In this document: piece after piece, positions 50,045-59,473 of the stretch | Position numbering within the stretch: position 1 is the first letter of the stretch | How the letters are laid out: every line of letters starts with the position of its first letter | Assembly (NCBI GenBank): GCA_964400625.1 | Contig: CAYNUS010000004.1 | Coordinates: 26,164 to 90,163 of the forward strand | Reading direction: 5' to 3' | Source: an uncultured Gammaproteobacteria bacterium | GTDB lineage: Bacteria > Patescibacteriota > Patescibacteriia > SG8-24 > DYFX01 | DNA length: 64,000 nt | Position numbers and translations under genes: made by a program | The notes under the pieces: model-generated | What the model was told of the DNA's origin: nothing | Database searches by the model: none | Seen by the model: only the letters and a program-made list of their open reading frames with translations

Positions 50045-50671
50045 TCACGGCTTCGGGACCTGCCGCAGGTGGGCGAAGATGATGACGCTCAGGATGGCGG
50101 CGAAGAAGCACCAGACGGAGGCGAAGGCGTGAAGATAGAAGCCGTATGCGAGGCCCAGCGAGGTGATGAGCGCCATGCCGAACACGCGGATGAACTTGTG
50201 GCTCGAGACGAAGCAGCTTCCGCACGCGGCAAGGACGTACGCGCCCGGGATGACCGCGTAGTTCGGGAGCGGCACGTCGTAGGCGATGCCGCCGCCCATG
50301 AGCGTCGATGCCACGGGCCCACGTACGATGAAGTACAGGAGGTACAAGCTGACCGCGCCGCCGAACCAGACGAACCATGCGAGCGCCTCCTTGCGCTTCG
50401 GTCCCGTCTCCTCGCGCCAGACGGCGTACGGCAGGAAGGTCGGCCAGAAGACGTGCGAGAAGAACAGGAACGCGTACGTCGCCGGCGCTTGCACCCATGG
50501 GAAGCCGATCGAGAGCCACAGGACGCCTTCGACGATCTGCTGGAGCCCGAAGAAGAGCGGGACGGCGGCGATGGGGCGCCGCAGGAAGCCGCCCGTGCGG
50601 CGGACGCCGACGGTCCCGGCCGCGCCGAGCGCGCCGCCCGCGATGAAGCTTGCCGAAGCGGAGAAGCACAT
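50045..50671 (-). CDS. Multi-pass membrane protein (DUF6629-like)
   Basis: MCFSASASF, PLFFGLQQIVEG, SVWCFFAA. Confidence 0.8.
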   Translation of the reverse strand: MCFSASASFIAGGALGAAGTVGVRRTGGFLRRPIAAVPLFFGLQQIVEGVLWLSIGFPWVQAPATYAFLFFSHVFWPTFLPYAVWREETGPKRKEALAWFVWFGGAVSLYLLYFIVRGPVASTLMGGGIAYDVPLPNYAVIPGAYVLAACGSCFVSSHKFIRVFGMALITSLGLAYGFYLHAFASVWCFFAAILSVIIFAHLRQVPKP

Positions 50672-50741
50672 GATGCGCACAGTATCCCACGTATCGCCTC
50701 CTTCCGCGAACTTCCGCTATACTCCTTTCCAGGAGGTCCCC

Positions 50742-51491
50742 ATGCTCGCATCGCTCGTCCTCGCCCTTTCCTTCTGCGCGCCCGCGGACGCTCCCGTCGT
50801 CCCGGACGACACCCTCCAGCTCGTGGTCGGCATCGCGCCCTCGTGGGACTCCTCGAGGGCGACGCTCTACCGCTTCGAGCGCAAACCCGGCAAGGCGTGG
50901 AAACGCGTCGGCAAGGCGTGGCCCTCGCGCATCGGCAAGGGCGGCCTCGCGGCCGGACGCGGCCTGCTCGAATGGTGCGGTCCCGACGAGGAGCGCAAGG
51001 TCGAGAACGACAAGAAAGCGCCGGCCGGCGCCTTCTACCTCGGCGAGACGTACGGCTTCGGCGCAGGGCTCAAGAACGCCCCGCGCGGGAAGATGAAGCC
51101 GCTCTCGAAGTCGATGGCCTGCGTCTCCGACTCCGCGTCGGAACACTACAACCGCATCGTCGACACGGACGATCATGACCCTGACGAGCTCGGCTGGACC
51201 CGCCCGCTCCGCCGGAAGGACGGCATCAAGAGCCGCACCATCGTCGTCGGCCATAACGGCATGCACGACCCCGACGCGAACCCGCCGGAACCGTACGCCG
51301 GGAGCTGCATCCTCTTCCATCTGGAACGCAAGGGCCGCGCGACCGTCGGCTGCACCTCGCTCTCCGAGAAGCGCCTCGACGCGCTCATCGCCTGGCTGAA
51401 GCCGAAGGCGAAGCCCGTCTACGTCCTCATGACGCGCGAGCAGTACGACGCGCTCGCCGTCGACGGCTCGGGCCTGCCGAAGCTTCCGTAA
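50742..51491 (+). CDS. L,D-transpeptidase family protein
   Basis: Signal peptide, IGKGG, K.E.DKKAPAG, GSCILFH...TVGC. Confidence 0.8.
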   Translation: MLASLVLALSFCAPADAPVVPDDTLQLVVGIAPSWDSSRATLYRFERKPGKAWKRVGKAWPSRIGKGGLAAGRGLLEWCGPDEERKVENDKKAPAGAFYLGETYGFGAGLKNAPRGKMKPLSKSMACVSDSASEHYNRIVDTDDHDPDELGWTRPLRRKDGIKSRTIVVGHNGMHDPDANPPEPYAGSCILFHLERKGRATVGCTSLSEKRLDALIAWLKPKAKPVYVLMTREQYDALAVDGSGLPKLP

Positions 51492-51494
51492 ACG

Positions 51495-51523
51495 AAACGA
51501 CCCCGCATCGCGGGGTCGTTTTT
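51495..51523. terminator. Bidirectional intrinsic terminator
   Basis: AAACGACCCCGC-AT-CGCGGGGTCGTTTTT. Confidence 0.7.
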
Positions 51524-51526
51524 CCT

Positions 51527-52210
51527 TTACTGCTTTTTCTTGGCGACGGCCTTCTTCTTGGCCGGAGCCTTGGAGGTCTTGGCGGCCTTCTCGACGACCA
51601 CGGCCTTTTCGGCCTTCGGAGCGGCGGCCGTTTCGGCCTTCTTCGCTTCCGGAGCGGCGGAGAGCTTCGCCGGAGCGGCGAGGTTCAGCGCCTTGATGAT
51701 CATGTCGAGCTTCGCGTTGATGGCGGCGAACTGCTCCTTCGAGCGGTCCTCGGCCGGAGCCGACGCCTTGAACGACTTGTAGTCGGTGGCGTTCGACTTC
51801 TCGTTCCCGAAGCAGGCGCGGCAGTACACCGGCTTGCTGCCGTTCGGCTTGAACGGCACTTCGCAGCCGTTCCCGCACGAGGCGCAGGTGGCCTTGAAAA
51901 GCTGCTTCTCCTCGCGGTCGAATCCGCGGTCATCGCGGCGCGGAGCGGAATCGCGGTCGAAACGCATCGGGGCGCTTCCCGTGTCGCCGTCCTTCTTGAA
52001 GCACTCGCGGCAGTAGATCGGACGCGAGCCGTTCGGCTTGAACGGCACTTCGCAGCCGTTGCCGCACGAGGCGCAGGTGGCCTGGTGCATCTGCGGGCGG
52101 TCGAACCCGCGGTCATCGCGGCGGTTGAAGCTTCCGCCTCCGCCGAACTTGCGGTCATTGCCGCCCTTCCAACCGCCCCCCTGGGGCCGGTTTCCATGAG
52201 ACTTGAACAT
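51527..52210 (-). CDS. CxxC-x17-CxxC domain protein (two tandem domains)
   Basis: ATCASCGNGCEVPFKPNGS.P.YCR.CF twice, nearly identical at DNA level; Lys/Ala tail. Confidence 0.9.
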   Translation of the reverse strand: MFKSHGNRPQGGGWKGGNDRKFGGGGSFNRRDDRGFDRPQMHQATCASCGNGCEVPFKPNGSRPIYCRECFKKDGDTGSAPMRFDRDSAPRRDDRGFDREEKQLFKATCASCGNGCEVPFKPNGSKPVYCRACFGNEKSNATDYKSFKASAPAEDRSKEQFAAINAKLDMIIKALNLAAPAKLSAAPEAKKAETAAAPKAEKAVVVEKAAKTSKAPAKKKAVAKKKQ

Positions 52211-52320
52211 GTTTTCCCTTTATTTTGCCTCCTTATTGAAGACGGCCTACTATACCCCATCTACGGGAAAAAAGCAAGGGGCATGGTACGATGCGGTCGG
52301 ACCTTTGGAAGGAGGCCACC

Positions 52321-52665
52321 ATGGACGCGAACGCGCCCCCGATCACGCTGACCGACAAGGCGGCCGCCAAGATCATCGAGTTCCGCGACGCGGACGAGGC
52401 GACGCGCGGCAAACCGCTGCGACTGGCCGTGCAGGGCGGCGGCTGCGCCGGCTTCAACCAGGTGCTCTACTTCGACGATCCGAAGCCCGGGCTCGACCAG
52501 GTCTACGACATCAAGGGCGTGACCGTGCTCGTGGATTCCATGAGCCTCATGTATCTCGCGGGCACCGAGCTCGACTATCTCGACGGCCTCGACGGCACCG
52601 GCTTCAAGTTCAACAACCCGAACGTGAAGTCCACCTGCGGCTGCGGCAGTTCCTTCTCGCCATGA
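52321..52665 (+). CDS. A-type Fe-S carrier (IscA/HesB family)
   Basis: ITLTDKAA, GGGCAG, FNNPN..STCGCGSSF. Confidence 0.93.
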   Translation: MDANAPPITLTDKAAAKIIEFRDADEATRGKPLRLAVQGGGCAGFNQVLYFDDPKPGLDQVYDIKGVTVLVDSMSLMYLAGTELDYLDGLDGTGFKFNNPNVKSTCGCGSSFSP

Positions 52666-52668
52666 ACG

Positions 52669-52701
52669 AAAACCGTCCCGGAATCGGGACGGTCTTTTTT
52701 T
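52669..52701. terminator. Intrinsic terminator
   Basis: ACCGTCCCG-GAAT-CGGGACGGT-CTTTTTTT. Confidence 0.7.
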
Positions 52702-52708
52702 CGTCTTA

Positions 52709-53677
52709 TCAGGCGCCGAGTCCGCAGATGAGCGCGATGACGTACGCGGCGTACGCGGCGATGAAGAGCCAGCCCTGCCAGCGCTCCATGCGATGCCGCT
52801 TGCCGACGAACATCACGAGGAAGAGCGCGAGCGCGGCCCCGACCGCGACGCCGACGTCGAGCAGGTTGGAGGACGTGAACGGCAGGGGCCGGATGAGGCC
52901 GCTCAGGCCAAGCACGAAGAAGACGTTGAAGATGTTGGAGCCGACGACGTTGCCGACCGCGATGTCGACATGCCCCTTGCGCGCCGCCACCGCGGAGGTG
53001 ACGAGTTCCGGCAGGGAGGTGCCGACGGCGACGACCGTGAGGCCGATGATGCGCTCCGAGACGCCGAGCGCGCGGACGATCTCGAGCGCGCCGTCGACCG
53101 TGGCCTTGCCGCCGACGACGAGCGCCGCCAGGCCGCCGAAGATGAGGAGCGCGGAACGACCCATCGGCATGCTGGCGACCGCTTCGCCCGCGTCGCCTTC
53201 CGCCTTGGCGATGCCGAAGGTGTAGTACATGAAGACGACGAAGAAGCCGAGCAGGGCGAGCGCGTCGATGCGGTCGATGACGTTGGGCGTGCGGCCGGCG
53301 AGGAAGACGTCGGAGGCCATGATGCCGACCAGGAGGACGGCCAGGAGCGCGTACGGGACCTCCTTCCAGACGGTATTCGGCTTGATGGTCAGCTCGCGGA
53401 TGGCGGCCGCGATGCCGAGGATGAGCAGGATGTTCGCGATGTTCGAGCCGATGATGTTGCCGATGGCGATCTCGGGTCGGCCGCCCAGCGAGGCCATCAG
53501 GTTCACGACGAGTTCCGGCGTCGAGGTGCCGAAGGCGACGATGGTGAGGCCGATGACGATCGGCGCGACGCCCCAGCGGCGCGCGACCGAGGAGGAGCCG
53601 TCCACCAGCCAATCGGCGCCCTTGCCGAGCAAGGCGACGCCGACGGCGATCATGACGAGCGCGAGGAGGATGGCCAT
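52709..53677 (-). CDS. Calcium/sodium antiporter (YrbG-like)
   Basis: GTSTPE / GTSLPE alpha repeats, GNIIGSN / GNVVGSN. Confidence 0.95.
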   Translation of the reverse strand: MAILLALVMIAVGVALLGKGADWLVDGSSSVARRWGVAPIVIGLTIVAFGTSTPELVVNLMASLGGRPEIAIGNIIGSNIANILLILGIAAAIRELTIKPNTVWKEVPYALLAVLLVGIMASDVFLAGRTPNVIDRIDALALLGFFVVFMYYTFGIAKAEGDAGEAVASMPMGRSALLIFGGLAALVVGGKATVDGALEIVRALGVSERIIGLTVVAVGTSLPELVTSAVAARKGHVDIAVGNVVGSNIFNVFFVLGLSGLIRPLPFTSSNLLDVGVAVGAALALFLVMFVGKRHRMERWQGWLFIAAYAAYVIALICGLGA

Positions 53678-53678
53678 A

Positions 53679-54590
53679 TCAGCGTCCGTCGTACGCCGCC
53701 TTAAGCGCGGCGGCGTCGAGCTTCTTCATCTTCAGCATGGCCTGCACCGCGCGGGCGGACGCTTCCTTATCGGGTCCCTCGAAGAGCGCGTTCGATTCCG
53801 CGGGGACGACCTGCCAGGAGACGCCGTAGGCGTCCTTCAGCCAGCCGCACTGCTCCGCTTCCGGAACGGCGGAGAGTTTCTCCCAATACGCGTCCACCTC
53901 CGCTTGCGTATCGCAGTTGACGATGAGCGAGACCGCTTCGTTGAACGCGAAGGCATGCATCTTCGCGCTGCCGTCCATCGCCGTGAACCACTGCCCTTCG
54001 AGCGTGAAGTCCGTGAACATGACGGATCCTTCCTTGTTCGGCCCCATGCCGGCGGGATAGCGCGCCATCGTGCCGCGCTTGGCGTCCTTGAAGACGGAGA
54101 GGTAATGCTCCGTCGCCTTCTCCGCCGCTTCGCACGTTTCCGTGACGAAGAGGAGCGACGGGATGATGTCCGGCCGCGGCTCGCCTTCGGGATCCGTGAG
54201 GATGAGCTGCCAGGAGAAGCCGTAGCGGTCCTGGATCCAGCCGTAGCGCTTGCTGAACGGGTATTCCTGGAGCGGCATGAGCGCCCTGCCTCCCTCCGAC
54301 AGCTTCGCCCACAGCGCGTCGAGATGCGCCTGCGCTTCCGGATCGCGCGACGGGTCGAAGTTCACCATGAACGAGATGGACGGGTTGGGCTTGAAGTATG
54401 GGCCGGCGCTGATGGCCTGGAACTCGAAGCCGAGCAGTTCGAACCAGACGATGTCGGCCGTGCCGGACGGCGTGCCTTCGATGGCATACGACTTCGTGAC
54501 CTTCGAGCCGCGCCCGAACGCCTCCGCATAGAACGCGGCGGCTTCCTTCGCTTCCTTGTCGAACCAGAGATGCGGGACGATCTTCTGCAT
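53679..54590 (-). CDS. VOC family (3-demethylubiquinone-9 methyltransferase-like, double domain) protein
   Basis: QKIVPHLWF, YGWIQDRYGFSWQ, CGWLKDAYGVSWQV. Confidence 0.9.
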   Translation of the reverse strand: MQKIVPHLWFDKEAKEAAAFYAEAFGRGSKVTKSYAIEGTPSGTADIVWFELLGFEFQAISAGPYFKPNPSISFMVNFDPSRDPEAQAHLDALWAKLSEGGRALMPLQEYPFSKRYGWIQDRYGFSWQLILTDPEGEPRPDIIPSLLFVTETCEAAEKATEHYLSVFKDAKRGTMARYPAGMGPNKEGSVMFTDFTLEGQWFTAMDGSAKMHAFAFNEAVSLIVNCDTQAEVDAYWEKLSAVPEAEQCGWLKDAYGVSWQVVPAESNALFEGPDKEASARAVQAMLKMKKLDAAALKAAYDGR

Positions 54591-54600
54591 AGGGATGCCG

Positions 54601-55314
54601 TCAGCGGATGACGCCGATCGCGCTCTTCAGCGCGTCGTGCTTGGACTTGAGGACGTTCGAGATCGAGGAGAAGACCTTCTCGCCGAGCGACGCGTCCTTT
54701 CCGCCCGCGAGGAACGACCACCATGGGTACTTCACCGCCACGCGCTCGTCCGCGTCGATCTCGACCGTCGTCAGGACGGAGACCGGGATGAGGCCGAGAA
54801 GCTTGATCTCTTGGCGGACGCGCGTCTCGATCTTCTCGAAATTCATCGAGACCTGTTCCGCCGGCACTCCGGCTTCCTGCATCCCCTGCAGGAGGATTTC
54901 GGAGGCCTGCGCGCGTCCGGATTCCGAGGCTTCCTCATCATCTCCGCCGCTTCCGCCGAGGAGGATGCTGAAGTCCGGCGTGAGGGGCTGGGCATCGGCC
55001 GCGACCTCCGATCCGCCCGCCGACGGCGGTGCGGACTCCCCTTCTTCGACCTTCCACTCGAACTCGACGTCGCCGCCCTTCGTCTCGCCGTCCACGCCGT
55101 CGAACTTGATGAAGGCATCGGCGGACGCCTCCTGCGGCGGGGTCGTCACGGTCGCTTCCAAGGTCGGCACGGCGGCCCTCGGCGGATCCGCGCGTTCCGG
55201 CGCCGCCGTCGTTTCGCCGTCGACCCCGTCGATCTTGAGGTAATAGTCCGTCGCGGCGGCGGCCGGTCCGTACGGGAGAAGGACCAGCGCGAGGAGAAGG
55301 AGGGTGTTTTTCAT
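54601..55314 (-). CDS. Secreted hypothetical protein with Hcp-like and needle-like motifs
   Basis: Signal peptide; DYYLKIDGVDGE and DAFIKFDGVDGE; EQVSMNFEKIE; SNVLKSKHDALKSAIGVIR. Confidence 0.7.
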   Translation of the reverse strand: MKNTLLLLALVLLPYGPAAAATDYYLKIDGVDGETTAAPERADPPRAAVPTLEATVTTPPQEASADAFIKFDGVDGETKGGDVEFEWKVEEGESAPPSAGGSEVAADAQPLTPDFSILLGGSGGDDEEASESGRAQASEILLQGMQEAGVPAEQVSMNFEKIETRVRQEIKLLGLIPVSVLTTVEIDADERVAVKYPWWSFLAGGKDASLGEKVFSSISNVLKSKHDALKSAIGVIR

Positions 55315-55342
55315 GCCGCCAATATACTACAATCACCGCGAT

Positions 55343-56113
55343 ATGAAGAACTTCCTTTTCCGCAGGCACGCGCTCACGCGCCGCATCCTGCCTCTCGTCC
55401 TCGTCCTGCTCGCCGCCAAGTACGCCCTCATCCGCCTCGGCTTCCAGCCGTTCGAGATGAACGCGCTCCTCTCCTCGATGATCGCCGCCAACGTCTTCCT
55501 GCTCGGCTTCCTGATCGGCGGCGCCATGCCGGATTATAAGGAAGCGGAGCGCCTTCCGGGGGAGATGGCCGCCAGCCTCGACGCCATCGCCGACGAGATC
55601 GTCCTCCTGCGCGACCGCAAGGCCCCGCCCGAGGCGCCGGCCGCCGTCGCCGCCATCGTGGCCGTCGCCGAAGGCATGCACGACTGGTTCCACCGCAAGC
55701 TCACGAGCATGGAGGTGATGCGCCGCATCGGCGCGCTCGGCGGAGCTTTCGCCGACCTCGAACCGCACACGCAGGCGAACTTCATCGTCCGGATGAAGCA
55801 GGAGCAGACCAACCTGCGCCGCCTCATGACGCGCGCGCACTCCATCCGCGAGACGAGCTTCTCGCAGAACGCCTACGCCATCGCCGAACTCTTCACGGGA
55901 CTCATGCTCATCACGCTCGTCCTCGTGGGCTACGCCGCGCTCCCCTCCGCCCTCTGGTTCACGGGCCTGGCCGGGTTCCTCCTGGTCTACATGCTGTTCC
56001 TGATCCACGACCTCGACAATCCGTTCAACTACGGCGCGCACGAGCGCGGCGAGGACGAAGTGCCGCTCCGGCCGCTCGAAGCGGTGCGCGGCAAGCTGAC
56101 GGCAGGCCGCTGA
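55343..56113 (+). CDS. Membrane protein (DUF4239/bestrophin-like)
   Basis: FLLGFLIGG, DYKEAE, LIHDLDNPF; 4 TM segments. Confidence 0.7.
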   Translation: MKNFLFRRHALTRRILPLVLVLLAAKYALIRLGFQPFEMNALLSSMIAANVFLLGFLIGGAMPDYKEAERLPGEMAASLDAIADEIVLLRDRKAPPEAPAAVAAIVAVAEGMHDWFHRKLTSMEVMRRIGALGGAFADLEPHTQANFIVRMKQEQTNLRRLMTRAHSIRETSFSQNAYAIAELFTGLMLITLVLVGYAALPSALWFTGLAGFLLVYMLFLIHDLDNPFNYGAHERGEDEVPLRPLEAVRGKLTAGR

Positions 56114-56157
56114 GACGAAAAAGACCCGCCGCGCGGCGGGTCTTCCGTTTCCGGGGA

Positions 56158-56481
56158 TCAGCGGCTCCAAGCCAGGAAGACGAACAGCAGGATCGTGAAG
56201 GCGGCGAGCTGGGCGATGGTGCAGACGGCCGTCATCACGCCTTCGCGCTTCTGGCCGTCGAGATAGAGCATGAGCGGCTTGCCGAAGACGAGCATGCCCA
56301 TCGTGGCCGCCGAGACCACGAAGACGAGCAGGAAGCTGATGGGCGCGAGCACGCCGTCGGGCTTGCCCGCCGTATCGAGGATCTTTCCGGCGTTCTGCAT
56401 GAACGTCGCCACGGCGGCGATGTAGAGGGCCGCGCCCACGGAATACGGCAGGCTCCGCTTGAAGGTCTTCATGTCGAGCAT
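56158..56481 (-). CDS. Small 3-TM membrane protein
   Basis: YIAAVA, LVFVVSAA, VFGKP.MLYLDG.KREG. Confidence 0.75.
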   Translation of the reverse strand: MLDMKTFKRSLPYSVGAALYIAAVATFMQNAGKILDTAGKPDGVLAPISFLLVFVVSAATMGMLVFGKPLMLYLDGQKREGVMTAVCTIAQLAAFTILLFVFLAWSR

Positions 56482-56490
56482 AAGCGTCGA

Positions 56491-56706
56491 TTAGGGTGAA
56501 TCGTCGGTCGTGCGTTCGAGGATGTCGCCGGGCTGGCAGTCGAGCGCCTTGCAGACGGCGTCCAAGGTCGAGAGCCGGATCGCCTTGGCCTTCCCGTTCT
56601 TCAGGATGGAGACGTTGGCCATCGTGATGCCGACCTTCTCCGCGAGTTCCGTGACGCTCATCTTCCGTTTCGCCAGCATCACGTCGATGGTGATCGCGAT
56701 CGGCAT
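56491..56706 (-). CDS. XRE/YozG-like HTH transcriptional regulator
   Basis: DVMLAKRKMSVTELAEKVGIT.AN.SILKNGKAKAIR...CQPGDIL. Confidence 0.92.
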   Translation of the reverse strand: MPIAITIDVMLAKRKMSVTELAEKVGITMANVSILKNGKAKAIRLSTLDAVCKALDCQPGDILERTTDDSP

Positions 56707-56708
56707 AT

Positions 56709-57191
56709 TCAGACGGTGAGATCGTTCTCCGACTGGAGTTCGATGGCGTTCCTGAGCAGCCGCTCGAGCACGGCGGCGAAGACCGCGACCGTGACGGGCG
56801 CGCAGGCGAGAGCCGCGCCGAAGATGATGAGGCCGGGCGCGTCGTCCGCGTCCGCGATCGGGAAGAGCAGCGGCACGAACGCGGCGTACAGGACGGAGAT
56901 GGCGAGCGCGCAGCGCTTGATGTCCCGAAGCGCCTTCACCGACGACTCCGAGAACGCCGCGTCGCGGTCGATGGCGCCCAAGAGCTTGAGCGCCTGCCGG
57001 AGCGCGAGGAAGAACGGCACCGCCGAGGCGTACAGGCCCGCCACGATCAGGGAGACCGCCCATGCGGCCGCCGGGAACTCTTCCGATCCGCCTTTCCACA
57101 TCGAAGGAAGGGCGAACACGCACAAGGCGAGCACCGCGGCGCCGAGCAGGAAGATGAAGAACCTCAGGAAATGCGTCGAACCGTGTTTCAT
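56709..57191 (-). CDS. DUF2975 family membrane protein
   Basis: AFSE.SVKAL..IK.CA, DDAPG, SENDLTV; canonical partner of YozG-like HTH. Confidence 0.88.
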   Translation of the reverse strand: MKHGSTHFLRFFIFLLGAAVLALCVFALPSMWKGGSEEFPAAAWAVSLIVAGLYASAVPFFLALRQALKLLGAIDRDAAFSESSVKALRDIKRCALAISVLYAAFVPLLFPIADADDAPGLIIFGAALACAPVTVAVFAAVLERLLRNAIELQSENDLTV

Positions 57192-57221
57192 GGGCGAGAT
57201 ATATGGACTCTTGATACCTCC

Positions 57222-57253
57222 ATCCTACGATGGCACATATCGTTTGTCAATAT
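57222..57253 (-). promoter_or_regulatory. Promoter and probable autoregulatory operator of the DUF2975-HTH pair
   Basis: TTGACA(57250-57245)-17-TAGGAT(57227-57222); imperfect palindrome ATATCG-N5-CAATAT over the -35. Confidence 0.6.
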
Positions 57254-57284
57254 ATCTTTATCGTTGCGACATTCTCGTTACCGT

Positions 57285-57581
57285 TCAGGATTTTTTCTTG
57301 AGGATCGCGCGCACGGAAGGGCTCACCGCCTTGTCGGCGCGATGGATGCAGCCGATCCAGCAGCAGGGCCGCCGCATGCCGCCGCGCATCTTCGAGATTC
57401 CCTTGCCGATGCGGATGCCGCGCGTCTCGGCTTTCTTGCCCTCCTGGACCCAGCAGATCCATTCGTTGCGCGCGAGCGGCGTGATGTCCTCCCAAAGCGC
57501 GAGGACTTTCGGTGCCGCGAGGATGGCCTTCTTCAGATCCGCTGGCAACGGGTGGACCGTGCCGCCTGAAACTTTCGCCAT
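57285..57581 (-). CDS. YdeI/OmpD-associated family protein
   Basis: LPADL, ITPLARNEWICWV, KKAETR, RRPCCW.GC.HR. Confidence 0.85.
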   Translation of the reverse strand: MAKVSGGTVHPLPADLKKAILAAPKVLALWEDITPLARNEWICWVQEGKKAETRGIRIGKGISKMRGGMRRPCCWIGCIHRADKAVSPSVRAILKKKS

Positions 57582-57582
57582 A

Positions 57583-57936
57583 TCACTTCTTGCGCAAGAT
57601 CTTTTCCATCGTCCTTCCCAGCGCCAACTCGTCGACGAGCTTGTCCATGTAGCGGATCTCGCGCATCGTCTTTTCCTTGATGTCTTCCACCCGGACGCCG
57701 CAGACCACGCCCGTGATCAGCTTCCTCGCCGGATTCAGCTTCGGCGCGTCCTTCAGGAAGGTCTCGAGGCCCGTCCCCTTCTTCAGCTGGGCCTCCAAGC
57801 CTTTCTGGGTGTAGCCGGTCAGCCACAGGAGGACCGCATCGAGCTCCTTCTTCGTGCGCCCTTTCCTCTCCACCTTGGCGATATACAAAGGATAGATGCT
57901 GGCGAAGCTCATCGTGTAGATGCGGTGTTTGGGCAT
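57583..57936 (-). CDS. DUF2200 family protein
   Basis: [44 protein letters not shown]. Confidence 0.9.
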   Translation of the reverse strand: MPKHRIYTMSFASIYPLYIAKVERKGRTKKELDAVLLWLTGYTQKGLEAQLKKGTGLETFLKDAPKLNPARKLITGVVCGVRVEDIKEKTMREIRYMDKLVDELALGRTMEKILRKK

Positions 57937-57942
57937 AGGTCC

Positions 57943-58296
57943 TCAGGCCTCCATCCCCGGCAGGAAGTTCACGGCGGAGACGTCGATCCACGAACCGGGG
58001 ATCTCCAGGTGGGGGTGGCCCTCGAAGGCCTTGGCGATCTCCTCCTGCGATTCGCCCTGCACGATCGAATACAGCATGACGTCGTTCTTGGCGTCCGACG
58101 CGCCTTGCGTCGTGACGCGCTTGGTCTTGCCGACGCCGGCGGTCGGGCCGGTCATCATGCCCTTGTGGGTCGCCATCCACGCGTCCCACTTGGCCTTGAG
58201 ACGGTCTTCCTCCGCCTTGCGGTCCTGCTCCGGGATCTTCATCCAGGCTTCGAGTCCCGCGACGGGCATGCAATAGAGGACGATGAACTTTTGCAT
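57943..58296 (-). CDS. YCII-like hypothetical protein
   Basis: GKTKRVT, KND...YSIVQGES, FEGHPHL.IPG. Confidence 0.7.
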   Translation of the reverse strand: MQKFIVLYCMPVAGLEAWMKIPEQDRKAEEDRLKAKWDAWMATHKGMMTGPTAGVGKTKRVTTQGASDAKNDVMLYSIVQGESQEEIAKAFEGHPHLEIPGSWIDVSAVNFLPGMEA

Positions 58297-58318
58297 ATCT
58301 TCCAGTTTATGGACTGAT

Positions 58319-58999
58319 TCAAAACGCCGTCGGCACCGGCGTCGTCGCCGATCCCGTCTCGTACGCGCCCCACACGCGCTCGCAGTGCTCGTCGAACGCG
58401 GCGCGGGCGGCCGGGAGCCGTGCCGTCAGGATGTCCGGCAGCATCTTCTCGACCAGCTCGAGCACCTCCGGCGCGATGCCTTGCATGCTCCAGGCGAAGC
58501 CTTCGGCGTACATGGCCGCCGCTTTCTCGTCGGGCGGCGTCGGGAACTGCTTCCCGTCGCGCAGCGAAGGCGTGATTTCCGCCTCCTCGAGTGCGAGATG
58601 CTGATCGAGCAACGACTTCAGCGCCTCCAAGACGGCTTCGGCTCGTTCGGGGTGGGCTAGGTCGGCGAAGGCCGCGTCCCCCTCCGCGAGCATGGGGTCG
58701 ATCAGATGGTGCTGTTCCGTCAGCTTCTGGATGGACGATCCGAGCTCGGGGCGCTTGGCCAAGACGTCCGGAAAGACGTTGGCATCCTCGAACATATGGT
58801 GGCCGTGCAGCGCCTGATGATAGCTCTTCACCCATTCGTCGCGCACCGCCTCGGTTCGCGAGGCGTCGCCCGCCTTGATCTGGGCGACGGCCCGGATGAA
58901 CCGGGCGATGTCGCGCCGGAAAGCGTGATGCGACATGAGCAGCATGGTCGCCATCGAGGCCGTGCCGTCGTCGTTCAGGAGATTCGGGGGTTGAGGCAT
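58319..58999 (-). CDS. Hemerythrin domain protein
   Basis: SHHAFRRD, HGHHMFED...FP, EQH, QHLALEE. Confidence 0.85.
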   Translation of the reverse strand: MPQPPNLLNDDGTASMATMLLMSHHAFRRDIARFIRAVAQIKAGDASRTEAVRDEWVKSYHQALHGHHMFEDANVFPDVLAKRPELGSSIQKLTEQHHLIDPMLAEGDAAFADLAHPERAEAVLEALKSLLDQHLALEEAEITPSLRDGKQFPTPPDEKAAAMYAEGFAWSMQGIAPEVLELVEKMLPDILTARLPAARAAFDEHCERVWGAYETGSATTPVPTAF

Positions 59000-59020
59000 G
59001 GAGTTCAGGGTCGGCTCGCC

Positions 59021-59473
59021 CTACGCGTCTTTCGCGTCGCGCAACCGCTCTTCCTTCTTATGGATCTTCTTCCTGTACAGGTAGATATCCTTGATGAGTT
59101 TCGCCAGGACCTTCATGTCGACGTCGGAAAGGCGCTTGACATAGAGGCACCCTCCGCCTCGTTTGTATTTCCCCAGTTTGGCCAGCAGTTTTGGATCCTC
59201 CATCTTCCAAGCCAGGATATAGAGGGCCAGATACTGCTTTCTCGGGGAAAAACCCACATGGAACCAGTCGCCCTCCTGCGCGCTCCTCTCGGATTTGTAG
59301 TGATACTTCCCGAAGCCCACGATGCTGGTGCCCCACATCACCGGCTTCTCGCCGGTGATCTTCCTGAACATCTCAAGCAAGACCGCGCTATCCACCCGCT
59401 TTTCCTCCGGTCGGATCGTCTTGAGGAACGCGGTGACGCTTCCCTTGGTCGCCTTGGTCTTTATGCCTGGCAT
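59021..59473 (-). CDS. DUF1801 family protein
   Basis: MWGTSIVGFGKYHY, GFSPRK, LGKYK.G.GCLYVKRL.DVD; lower GC than flanks. Confidence 0.88.
   Translation of the reverse strand: MPGIKTKATKGSVTAFLKTIRPEEKRVDSAVLLEMFRKITGEKPVMWGTSIVGFGKYHYKSERSAQEGDWFHVGFSPRKQYLALYILAWKMEDPKLLAKLGKYKRGGGCLYVKRLSDVDMKVLAKLIKDIYLYRKKIHKKEERLRDAKDA

Noticed and set aside
51820-52085. DGR template/variable repeat pair
   Set aside because: Both copies are in-frame CxxC-x17-CxxC domains of one gene; no reverse transcriptase and no adenine-specific mismatch pattern
54601-55314. A true T6SS hcp gene or secretion locus
   Set aside because: Has a Sec signal peptide, scrambled motif order and no tss, vgrG or sct neighbours
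56158-59473. Integron cassette array
   Set aside because: Spacers too short; no RYYYAAC...GTTRRRY attC structures or integrase seen
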